In this document: piece by piece, positions 12,194 through 24,123 of the stretch
Layout of the letters: each line of letters opens with the position of its first letter
Position numbering within the stretch: the stretch's first letter is position 1
DNA from: Tubulanus polymorphus
Taxonomy: Eukaryota; Animalia; Nemertea
Length of the DNA: 64,000 bases
Direction of reading: 5' to 3'
Assembly: GCF_964204645.1 (NCBI RefSeq)
Contig: NC_134025.1
Location: 10,478,001 to 10,542,000 of the forward strand
Notes under the pieces: generated by a model
What the model was told of the DNA's origin: nothing
Databases searched by the model: none
The model's input: only the letters and a program-made list of their open reading frames with translations
Translations under genes and position numbers: made by a program

Positions 12194-15100
12194 TCACATT
12201 AACAACGAAATAATGTAATCGATCATCAAGTACCGGACATTTCCGTATTTTCCGGTTCGCTTTTGGTTATACGCAAAGAATCCAATTCGTTCGAGACCTC
12301 ATCTACCATGATCGGCGGTGTATTATCCTTATTGTCTATTTCGTGGTTAGAATTTGTTTCTGGCACCAATGTTTTCAACCTATCCAAGCAGATTTTAGCC
12401 ACATCGTCCGGATTATGCTACAATGAAGAAACAAAGCCGTTGGACAAATCAATATTTGCTGCAACAAAAACTTCTTAAGGGCCCAGGGACACCATGCCAA
12501 CTTTGGAAGTGGTGCTGAAATGCTAGACAATTGGACAATATCTAATGCCCCTCACAAAGGTATACCGGTACATTAAAACAAATGCTGTTGAAACTCTGCA
12601 TAATCGTAGAACATGTCATGGTCTCAACTTAGCAATCGATTGTGGTTGCAATCATTGATTTTTTATCCTGTTGATGACCTTTGCATTTGTAATCAATGTT
12701 CGATTTACTCAAAATGATTGAAACTTACATCTAGCATGTCATACTTTACCTGTAAGATATGCAAACCACATTGCGATAAAACTGCCAACTCTTCCAGGCC
12801 GTCGCAAGTTAAATCCAACTTGTCGATAGCTAGCAGAGGATAAGCGAAGCTTCTTCGACCTATCAACGCATATTCACCGTCTAGTTTGTTCGGCAGAAAA
12901 CTACTAAGATCCGCGTGAAGAGAAGAGTCCAGTTCTTTATCTGAATCGTCTGTATTTTTCTTTGACACTAGTTGTTGCTGTTGCCTTTGTTTCATCTCTT
13001 CAGGAAGGAAATGTCGATAAATCAGTAGTTCCTACAAAATAACGACGACTACAGACAGTCAAGCAAACCCGCTTGATCCGGAAAGAGTTTTATTTGAATT
13101 ATAGGTTAAGATATTCAATTTTAATCGAAAATAAACTAATAAATGGCTGGCAATAGTAGATCGCTGTGCCTTCCAAGCACTGATCGACACTTAAAACACA
13201 TTTGAAAGGGCATGTGTAGAAAATATCATTTTTAAATAACTTTTGGTGAAATCGCAGATGATATATAATATCATATATAGCAACTTACCTGTCCATACGT
13301 TCCGAGGATGATTTCGTTGTGACCGTCGAAGTTGAGATCGGCTACGCATGCGCACAAAACGCAATCATAATCGTTGCTTTCTGGTAAGACTATCTGGTTC
13401 GACAAGTGAAGACCATTTTCTAAGACACTCCTAGGATACAAATGAGATGCATATAGGACAATATTACTAAATGCTTAAATTTTATTTTCAAAGATTAGAA
13501 TCCGAGGTATGCTGAATTACAAATCGACTAGCCTTGTGTGATTTTGAAAAGCAACATTCTAACTAGAACGTTTTTTACCTGTATACAACTGTGACCTCTA
13601 ATGCACCGCATACTAACAAATGGTAATCGGGATTCATTGTGTCCTTCTCTTTTTCAACTATGGATTCCTTTTCAGATTCGGGAGCTTCATCCTCTGCCAA
13701 AGATATACACATCTGACTGAGCATGACTTAGACCTAATAACTAGTTCACTTTGGTCTTACCGGTATTAGGAAATCAGATCGTCTAAAGGTTTTTAATGCT
13801 AATTTCTTCACATAAGGAGCTACCAGGCCAAGAATATATATACACAAACATATACTTACCAGAATCTTCCGTACTGGTGCATAAATGTGCAACACTGCCA
13901 GGACAGCTTACTTTTGTGTGGAATTCAAATAACTTAATCGAAGTTATCGGACTGTCGTGTTGAATTGACCATTGATTTATAATGTCTGAAAAGAATTATA
14001 AAACTTGAGTCAATTCATACTTTTTGCTGTAGGCCTATAGATGAATATCACTAAAAGCCTATGAAGGGAAGGAAAGTAAACTGGTTTCCAGATAGATCAT
14101 CTTTACCTTTATTGACTGCATTGACGTGAACTAAACGTACGTAGCCATCTTGACATCCCATCGCGGTAAGCCTTTGCTTGCCAGCATCTACATACCGAAT
14201 ATCGATCCATATAACGCTAAGTAAGATACAACATACAACTTCTTGGTCACGTATCAGCCGCGTAATACCTACATTCATTCCACCAAATAACACAATTACC
14301 TGAGACTTACTTGCTTGGCAAATTTGCGAATTCGGGAAAGAAGCGATCTACAGGATGTTCACCGAATATATGCAGAAATATGTCCTACAAATGATGTAAA
14401 TATGGTTCAAGCAGCAGAACGGCATACACAGCATTCAAGAATAATTTAAAGCTAAACATTACAGGCCTACAAAAACATATCTTTATTTTTTTTCATTACC
14501 CCAGTATTTGACTATTGTAGACTGACCTCTCTAAACAAATGCACTTTTTTATCATTTCCACTCAAAAGGAACACAATTTCCTTCGAATCGTCGCATATTA
14601 ATCTATGAAGAACAAAAAGACCGTTGTAGCATTTAGAACAAAAAAAACCATTATTTCACAGTCAGCTGTTTAAAGTTGCTACCAATGTTCAAACAAACGT
14701 ACTTACTCAGCGTGATAAAGTTGAAATGGAATAAACTGCAGTTCAAGATTAAAGCAACCCTCTACAAATAAAACAGCAAAGAATTAAGAAATCATATGGC
14801 GCCAAATTCAATAAAGATCATTAAATTTTCTTCAGACCAAGCAATTTAGATATGTTGAAGTCTTTCATAACATACGCGCGATACTGTCCAAGTCAAACTC
14901 AGTTTCTGGTTCCCATTCAGAATAGATATTCAGAAATTTACTTGGTTTCGTCTCATTATTCTGAAGGAAAAGTGTTTCAAATGAAATTTGTAACTTTGGC
15001 ATTATTCAGAAGTGATATTTTAGCTACTTGTCTACAGACCTTGACAAAAGTGATTCCAATCACAACACCACTCTTATCCGCCTTTTTACTAAATGCATCG

Positions 15101-15786
15101 ATGGATACAATTTCCGCATCACCTAGTTTGAAATAGAAATGTTGTTGTTAGTTAAATTCCGAACTGCTTACAAAACAACTAGTTTTTTTAATATTCAATC
15201 TTATTTTTCCGATCCAGTTAAGGAATAGCTGGGATATAAATAGGGTATGGTGGATAGATGGTAAATACAAGGGCGCAGCGGCCAAGTAGTTTAAGCCAGG
15301 TTTTTGGTGGCAGAGTTTTTTGGCCAAAGGTTGTTCTCTCAACTCCCCCATTTATTGCAAAAAATGAAACCTCCTACTCGTCAGTAGCTAGCCGTTGTCC
15401 CCGAACAAGCAGGGAACCCATACATCATCTGCTATTCATTCAGACTAGAAACCCCCCCCCCCCCCCCAAGGTGGCGAGAGACTATTGGTAGAGGTGGTAC
15501 TCTGAGTGGGACGAGGGGTATAACAGGCAAAAATCAAATGGACTCCAAAAACGATGCTGTGGCAAAACGAAATGATTGACAACAAAAGCATACCGGGGAT
15601 ATATGTGAAGTGGGCATCCTTGGAGGCGAGTCCGAACGAATCGTCTTCGGGATTGTGCTCGATCGAAACGACTTTTCCGCGTAGACAGGCGACGAGAAGT
15701 TTCGACATGCTGTCGGGTAACGCTATATTCGTCAATCCATACACATTGCTTTGAGTAGGCAAGCTGCAGAAATGCGCTTCGTTCAT
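12194..15786 (-). CDS. KPTN: Kaptin (KICSTOR complex subunit), multi-exon
   Basis: N-terminus EAHFCSLPTQSNVYGL...LLVACLRGKV...FTYIPG; FG-GAP-like motifs ADLNFDGHNEIILGTYGQ and LDLTCDGLEELAVLSQCGLHILQ, then HNPDDVAKICLDRL; canonical splice sites. Confidence 0.93.
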
Positions 15787-15830
15787 TTTCGATGGCCTTC
15801 AAAATGTTTCAAATGTTCAAAAACTCAAAC

Positions 15831-15850
15831 CCGGAAGTAAACCGGAAGTG
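15831..15850. promoter_or_regulatory. Tandem ETS/GABP-type sites (CCGGAAGT x2) in the KPTN/PNO1 bidirectional promoter
   Basis: ccggaagtaaaccggaagtg lies in the 289-bp gap between the two divergent ATGs. Confidence 0.6.
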
Positions 15851-16075
15851 CTAAAGAGGGTATGTTGAATAGCCGGTTAGGAATTGGAAACTGTCGTTTA
15901 TCCTTTAGATTACAAAATCAACGATAATCTTTGTATCATTTTGATGGTATTCTATTCCAAATATATTTCTCATATTTGTTTTAAGAATTTGGTGAGATAA
16001 TTTTGCGTTTTTCAGATTTGTCAATCCAGGAAATCCGGTCACAGTCCCGCACCGCGTCGATTCAACCTTTACAAA

Positions 16076-19000
16076 ATGGCGGACACAACGAGCTCTTCTA
16101 CCTCGGACGCGGTCGAAATGTCTTCGAATCCTGACGAATTTAAAAGAGTGAAGACGAAAAAGAGTAGAAAACGAAAGATAGATACAAGCGAAGATACCGA
16201 ACCAGCCATGGATACCACAGAATTACCCCCGAAACGTCCGTCATTTCCACAAATCAGTGGCGAAAAATTGAAGGTGAATTTACTTCCGGGTTTTGGAACC
16301 ACATGTTTTCTAAATTTTAGTAGCATTGTTTGTTTACGTTTACCTTGGATCTTCGGATCTTGGCTTTCTAAGACTTTGCCTATTGAATTGTCTATTTAAC
16401 CACAGGATAGAACGGCCTTTGAATTGTAGCCCACACGTCAAATAACTCTGTTCAGTCTTTGGTTCCATTCATTATTTGAAGTGTGGTGCCAGGCAGAGTA
16501 GAGTAAGTTGGGGGTCGTGGTCACACTTGGATTCTGGAACTGCATTTGCAATTGTGAAATCAAAGCTAATCTGTCAACTTGCCTAAGTTTTTATCAGATA
16601 AATCGTCAAATTACTTTAAGTCATTATTTTTGAGTTCCTTTGCCGTTTGGGTATTTCCAATTCAATTTCCTAAGTTTCGGATCAGATAGATCAACTTGAA
16701 AAAATGAGATCATCCCAGCTATGATTATTAAGTTTGACTGCATGTTCATGTATACGAATTCATATGTCTGTCTCTGGACAGAAAAGATAACATGTTAATT
16801 AGCAAAAAAAATATGTATGCCTGTTTATTATTTTCTAGTCTGGAAAAACGGGCACTCAGAAGGTTCCAGTACCCGCGCATCGATACACACCGCTGAAAGA
16901 GAATTGGCTGAAAATATTTACACCGATAGTCGAGCATTTACACCTTCAAATCCGCTTCAATCTGAAAACTAGAAATGTCGAACTAAAGGTAGACATCGAT
17001 TTCATCGAAACCCACTTTATCCGAATTATTACGCCCAATAGTCAAAAGCATTCCATCTTGAGCTTAGCTTGACTGCTTGTTGATTAGGAAATGATTTTTG
17101 ATGTCTTTCAGACGTGTAAAGAAACTACTGACATCGGTGCGTTGCAAAAAGGTGCCGATTTTGTAAAAGCCTTCACGTTAGGTTTCGAAGTAGACGACTC
17201 TTTAGCCTTGGTTCGATTGGATGATCTTTATCTGGAATCGTTTCAAGTCACAGATGGTAAGACTAGGAGAGTATTTCCTAACTAACCCCTTAAAGGATGG
17301 GCGGAATCTTTTTAAGGACGTGAAAAACATGAATTTTGTGCAATTATTTGAAACCCTGGGAAAATGGGAACCACAAAAAATTTGAATCTTTAAAGGGTTA
17401 AGATACCACTTGCCTCGGTGTTTAAGTTGAGTAGGACAATTTCAAACGTTTTGTTTGGGGGCAGGCCATAATGCGAGACAACCGGAGCCACTGCATCTGT
17501 TTCTTGTACAGGCTTAAACTCAATTATTTGTGAACTACAGTAGAACAGCTTTAAGTCGTAAAATCAACCGAAATTCCAAGGTCCCGATTTTTTCAGTTCA
17601 TTTTCCTATCAAAATCTGTCTCAAAGTCAGATTCAAGAAGTCGGAAATTTGACTAGGTCGGCTAGAATATATGTTCTGAAAGTTTCAAAGCAATGCATTT
17701 TTAGCCCACTTGGGACTTTAGTCCCAGCGGGCTATTGCGTTCACTTTTCGTCCGTCGTCCGCCGGAATCCAGTTATTTTGGGAAGTTTTTAAGACGCTTC
17801 AAGGTAATGTCTTGATATTTGGGTTACACATGTATCTACCCTAGACACATCTTCAGCCCAAAAACTGGCCCTGTCAGATTCAAGATGGCCGAATTCTGAG
17901 TCCTGTAGCTTCCTACTGGTTTGCCATTTCTCATTACAATTTGTGATGGGTATTCTTTGGAAAGGGATGTTTTATACCTGAGACATGTATTTTTCATTAG
18001 CCAATTATGACGCAATTGGCGGCCATCTTGGTGTCACAAGTACTCATTCGTAAGTGGGAAAAAGTTTTTCCACATTATATTGATACCTAAGTATATTTTG
18101 CTACCACAATCAATTAGAAAGTTGTAGCTCATAACGTGTTCTATGATTGTGGTGAGTTTCAAGGTAATTGGATTTCGTATATGGCCACCAGGGGCGTTGA
18201 ATAATACAATATCTTAGCATTTCTTTATTATATTCGTACCTATGCATATTTTGTAACCACAATCAATTGGAAAGTTGTAGCTCATGACATCATCTATGAT
18301 TGTTGCGAGTTTTAAGGACATAAGTTTTTCTATATGGTCACCAGGGGGCGTTGAATAGTAGAATAACTTAGTATTTCCTTATTATATTGGTACCTAGGCA
18401 TATTTTGTTACCATGATCAATTGCAAAGTTGTAGTTTATGACATGTTCTATGATTGCGGTGAGTTTCGAGGTCATTGGGTTTTGAATATGGTCTCCAGGG
18501 GGCGTTGAATAGTAGAATTACTTAGTATTCTCTAAGTCAGTCGTCTAATTTCAGTTCTTTTTAAAAAGATCGTCACCGGCGCGCATCGTATGTTTACAAT
18601 AGTAGTCGGCTATATAATAGAGTATTGATCCCGTGTCACTCATTTGTTGGGGTTAGGGTCGTAATCTGTAGCTAACTCGGGTTTTTCGTAGAAAACCCCC
18701 AAAATCCAACTTACTCATAATCAGAATTTTTCTAAGTCGGACATTTTACCGTGGTCCCAACGTGTCCGACTTACACCAGTTCTCTTGTATGAAAGAATTA
18801 TCGTAGCATTCTTAGTCTCCTTCTCCATAATTGTAATGCCCTACCTACCCAAGGGTCTACTTACTCTAACACATTCCTTATCTGTAATTCCGCTGCAGTG
18901 TGCCTGGACTAAATAATGTCTAAATAACTGAATCCAGATAGAAATACATGTAGGTGTTGCTATTGAAAAATATCCTTTTTACGACTCATAATACCAGCAG

Positions 19001-19575
19001 TTAGGTGCACATGCATGCAACTGGGCCCTCAAGATCAAATTATGATGTTGGCTCGTGTATCTTTTGTATGGCGTTGATAATTCTGCTCAGCATGATAACT
19101 GAATGGCATGTGTAATCATTCTTTCAGTGAAACCATTAAAAGGTGATCATTTAGCTCGGGCGATCGGACGAATAGCTGGAAAAAATGGAAAAACCAAGTT
19201 TACGATAGAAAACGTTAGCAAAACACGTATTGTGTTAGCCGACTCGTAAGTACCTATACTAAAAAAAATGCAAAAATGATTTCTTTATTTATTGAATAAC
19301 AGTACGTTCAAAGTTTTAATTTTCCATTTGCAGAAAAGTACACATCTTAGGATCTTACCAGAACATAAGAGTAGCCAGAACAGCAGTGTGTAATTTAATA
19401 TTAGGTGTGTAATTTTTTGCTGTCATATCTTTTTGTCATGTCTAATACTTTGATTCAGTTGTCGTGATTTGAGAGATTTTAATACTTTCTGCGTATCTTA
19501 TTTGTAGGAAGTCCTCCATCGAAAGTTTATGGTAATCTACGAACTGTTGCTGCCCGATCCTCTGAAAGATTTTAA
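16076..19575 (+). CDS. PNO1: RNA-binding protein PNO1/Dim2 (KH domain, 40S biogenesis); exons ~16076-16273, 16839-16988, 17112-17256, 19127-19245, 19334-19404, 19508-19575
   Basis: [112 protein letters not shown]. Confidence 0.97.
17698..18612 (+). mobile_element. Non-autonomous Helentron-like (HINE/DINE-1 type) element with internal tandem array
   Basis: 5' tttttagcccacttgggactttagtcccagcgggct hairpin, then cgtccgtcgtcc microsatellite-like motif, ~153-bp tandem array, 3' agtcggcta matching the 5' subTIR; a truncated 5' copy lies at ~4600-4660. Confidence 0.6.
18074..18530 (+). repeat. Tandem repeat, three units of 153-154 bp
   Basis: Units start attatatt at 18074, 18227 and 18381 and share aaagttgtag...ctatgattg...gagttt...ccagggg(g)cgttgaata. 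Confidence 0.9.
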
Positions 19576-21653
19576 TTTGTTCGTTTTTTTTTTTGTTTGA
19601 TAATAAAATTATTATAGAAAGGAAATTAGTCATTTTCTTATTCATTTCGGAACTTTTTAACTTCAAAATCCGAGGTTTTTTATGACCCATACGACTCCTT
19701 GATTCCTTCTAAACGGAAAATGCTTTTTAAGGTGCTTGAAACTCCTTTGATTTGAGCAAAATGCCAGGAGCTCCTTCAAAACAGCTTCAATCTAGAAAAT
19801 TGGACAATTCGAAATTTTTGTAGTTGTACGGTTAACTGCGTCTAGATCTGTACAGTCTGGATTTGGTTTTACTCAACCAAGTTAACCGGTTGTCTTAAGA
19901 TGATAGAAATGTGCTTACAAATTCGCCGAATTAAAATGGTTTACCTAGCCATTTTTCCTCAAACAAGTTAGGAGATAAGTACAGGTTGTCAATAATTTGT
20001 AGGAGAACCCGTAACGACGACTGGCATTCAGACTGGTTTACCGAGATAAACTACTGATTTAGGTGGCGCCTACTGTAAATGGGATATGAAAGTGATGCAG
20101 GCGCTTCCTCGAAATTTGAAATTTTCTCGTACATCCAGGATGATTGATCTGTAGGGATTCTGTGTCCGTACACGGTGACAACCAGCACGTAATGCGTTAA
20201 CGTATTTCAGTTGCAGCTGTATTAGATCTGAAGAGAGCATGTGTCCTGTACATCCGTCTGCATGTAATATAATAGGAAACACATTGTCATAAGCTAAATA
20301 AAAAACGAATGTGATGTGTATATGGTCTGCATACAAGAGACGTCAGTATATCGAACATAATGCTTTCATCCCAGTGGCAATGTTGACACGGCATACGTTG
20401 CGTAAGTCGGAACTTTTTGGGACCAAGAAAGATCCTCTGACTTAAAGAAAAAGTCAGACTTTAAATAAGTCAGCCTCTTCCGAAAACAAAGACTTGAGAA
20501 TTAATTTCTGTAAAACGGAAAATTAAATCAACATCTACAAGAAATAATTCAAAAACACTGAAATATTTCTTTTGTAAATTTCTTTTCTAATACACTAACC
20601 ACAACTAGAATAACGACTTTTGACATGTATCGTCGATTACAAGCCAGGAACAAGGAAGGGAAGAAATCAAACTGTAATTGGATGCCCTCCGACCTTCGGT
20701 GAGTGATTTTAACTGATTTGTGGGGACCAAGAAAAGTACTACGAGATCGGCGAGTTTCCGACTTATGCAATCCGACTTTGGATGAATTCCATTGAAAAAG
20801 GGAAGAAAAATTCAGGACAATCAACATTATCCATTCTCGCCGATCCGACTTACGCAATGTTAAGGCAACTGAATCTTAGGTTTTGTGGAATGCCATTATT
20901 TCTCTACCGAGGCAGGGAATCACGAAGGAAATCACGCTTTCCCCGGAACGTAGACCACAGTCACGAAGATTTGTGATGAAGTCACGATGTTCAGCAAATG
21001 AAAGAATAAAAAAAGTCAGTTTCCTGACATTCTGTAATTTATTTCCTTACATAAGTTCAATGCTGCCCGATACCCCTACTGAGATTCTACTTATTTCATC
21101 GCTATAGGCCACATCATGGACATTATTACCGGTATTCTAATCAAACCACAGAATCAATCGAAGATGTACATAAAGAATGTTGAATTTGAAATGTCGGCAT
21201 TGATTTTTGGCGGACCAGAAATTCTTCAAAGTGGTACCCAAATAATTTTTTTCATATTTTTCGGCCCAGTTCCTTAGACTACCTATTGTATAGAAAAAAA
21301 TATATTATTAATATATTTATTTACACTTTTTGGTGACCGGTAGTTGTCAAAATATGTCATTCATCTCCATGAATTCTCAAATGGTAATAACTGATAGATA
21401 CCCAAAATAACAGCTCCAATTTGATTTATGTAAGATATGTATTTGAAGAGTAAAACAAAAAAAAAACTGGAATGATTTCTCTCTGCTAAGTCAACAGAAG
21501 ATCAGAGACTCTCTTAAACCTGTCCCTGGTGTACATCCCGGAGATGATTTGATTTCTACTGAAACGGGTTTCGCAAGAGTTAGATATTCAATTATTCGAC
21601 GATTTTCCCCGAATGAACACTAGGATTATGTATGCACACCTGGTCAATGCGCA

Positions 21654-21763
21654 GGGCCCAGTTCCACAGTTCGGAGTTAAAATTTGACCCTGAGTTAACT
21701 CATTGAAAATGAACTAATTTCAATTCAGAGTTAACTCTAACTCACAACTGTGGAACTGGGTCC
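21654..21763. mobile_element. Palindromic MITE (GGGCCCAGTT-type ends); related short elements at ~11650-11790, 36117-36238, 51058-51117, 54745-54831, 60940-61050
   Basis: gggcccagttccacagtt ... aactgtggaactgggtcc inverted ends with internal gagttaactc palindromes. Confidence 0.7.
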
Positions 21764-24123
21764 TGATTTACAGACTTATTAAGGCCTGAATCAATCTATG
21801 TAACAGTGTAGTTGGGACCATACTGTTTTACTAAAATAACATATGTATGTATGTCCAGAGGCTAGTGGTGCAGTCGAAGACTCAAGCTACTTTTCGTTCC
21901 AATAAATAATACTCAATCTAACAATATATCTAGAACAGTTTTATATCAAGAGTCATACGATTTACGTTTATGTGTAGGCCTATACATATTCAAACATTCA
22001 GTTAACATATAAGTACTAAAAATAAATATTTCAACAACAAACTCCTTAACAGATATACAATGAAATCGCTATCATTAATCGAGTTTTTATTCTATCACAG
22101 AAAATTTGACTAAAGGCGTAAAGTGTTGTAGAAGGAGGAACGATATTCAACGTAAATATTACGAACCCACACAATGTAGGCTTATAGTATTCCGATATAA
22201 CATTGTCACATTGTGTAATGTAAATAAACACATATATATGACAGTAACAACGACTAGGCTATATGTACTTAAAACAGTTCCGCAACTATTAATTAATGCC
22301 GAAAATGATTCCGTTAGATTAACAAGTGCGTCGGGTAACGGCTGTTAAAATAAAATATTTAGCAAACCTTCCAGAATGCATTAACGCGCGTCAAAACGAG
22401 AAAGCCCTTTTAGAGGCATTGCTGAAAAATTGCTTCTTGTGTGAGTGTTTGTTATACATGGCCTGAACAACCCGCAAAGTTGTACGTAACTCACGATTAT
22501 TCATCGTAATTAAAATCAGTGCTCATTAGTAAGGATGTTTAGAAAACATATGTAATTAGAACTAAGTATCATTCTCAATTTAATGAATTATAAAAGAACA
22601 TGGTTGAAATAGATTTAGAAATTCAGCTGCTGAGCGACGACTAGGCAAATATATTTCTGTCTACTCTATCCTCGCCATTCCAATAGTTCCTAGGGGTATA
22701 ATGTCGACATATTGATTTCTTGAAATCTATAGGCTGTCGTTATCGATATTGTCTTCTTGGTGCCAGGTGTACGTTATTTACTAGAATTATTATAATGCGG
22801 TTTTCAGAAACAATTTCCTATTCAGCGATATGGCTACATTTCATTTCACGCATTGCCTGTAAGCTCTACTAGAAAAGCTAATGTATTGAAATTCTCCATG
22901 CACCAACTACAATTACGACAACGAAAATGTCCCTTCATCTTGCCGTTTCCTTGGATATACTCCGTATACTCCAAGCTGTTTTCAAATTTTCGGCGTCCAC
23001 TGCATCCAGTTCAATACGTGTGGGTTAAGTATTAAATAAGACACGGACTAAGTTATCATTGTATCGCGGACAGTAAACTGCGTCCAAATGATAACAAATT
23101 CCAGTAGAACTAGTTTTCAACTGATGAGTATATTTTCAATCAGATGTCGGTTACATTTCTGATTCGATACACATTTCCAGTTGATCCACTGAGAGTCAGG
23201 AGTGAATTGAATCTTATACAACGATTTTTTCTTTCTTATTTTTGCCGTATTATCATCGATCTTTGATGAAGTCAAGGTTTTTTATGATGATTATACGTCA
23301 CAGAGTCACAGAGGCAGTGGTATTCGCAATGGCAGTGAGTGGCCAAAATGGGGTTGAAAATGTTCAATAAACAAATATATGGTAATCTATATGTGACTAT
23401 TACCATCAACTAATGACACTTGTACACAAAATAAAACAAATAGCTAAAAATCTCAATTAACCACATGATCACCCGTTCAACTATAAATAAGCCAATAAGT
23501 AACGAAATTGTAAAGATATGGAATATGCATAGAATATCTAACGTTAATGGTTTGAACCCAGAATCAACTATTTCCAATTACTAAACTAGACTAAACTGCT
23601 TAATATAGTCAAAATACGTCAATGTGAAACTATACGTACTTGGCATTTTTGTAATGTGGTATGAATGACCGAATCACCGAATGTCTCTAGTTAGCAGCGT
23701 ATAATCTACTTAATTATTACTTTTTTGATTGATAAAACGAGACAGCTTAAAACAACATCGCGAACAAGAAAAATATCTGTCACAGCATCGACACAGTTCC
23801 GAATTAGGTTCGACTTTGTCTATCTAGTATTTTCACGCGGCCACGCCCTAATTCAAACCTATGCAGCGGCCTGAATCCCTGAGCCTATGTTCACGAAGCG
23901 GATTTATCTAATTTGATGATATCTTGAAATCAAAATCTGAAATTGAAGCTTCGCTTAATTTCCCTTTCGTGGAACAGGGGTCCACGTGTTAGATTTCTTC
24001 GTTCTCATGCACATATACGACCATCTCAAATCATTTTAAAGTAACTAGTAACCGTTTAGACATCTACACAACAAAAACATTGACATTGTGTTATCATATT
24101 GGTGAAAGTTGTTCTGAAACGTG

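Larger units (their letters stand above)
17538..18787. mobile_element. Tc1/mariner-like MITE (TA-flanked) interrupted by a nested Helentron/HINE-like element, in PNO1 intron 3
   Basis: ta|cagtagaacagctttaagtcg ... cgacttacaccagttctcttg|ta, imperfect 21-bp TIR; related sequence at ~20400-20780. Confidence 0.55.

Noticed and set aside
18074-18530. CRISPR-like array
   Set aside because: Whole units are similar with no unique spacers, and the context is a eukaryotic intron
19040-19102. Box C/D snoRNA in PNO1 intron
   Set aside because: C box imperfect (ATGATGT), no terminal stem or recognisable rRNA guide
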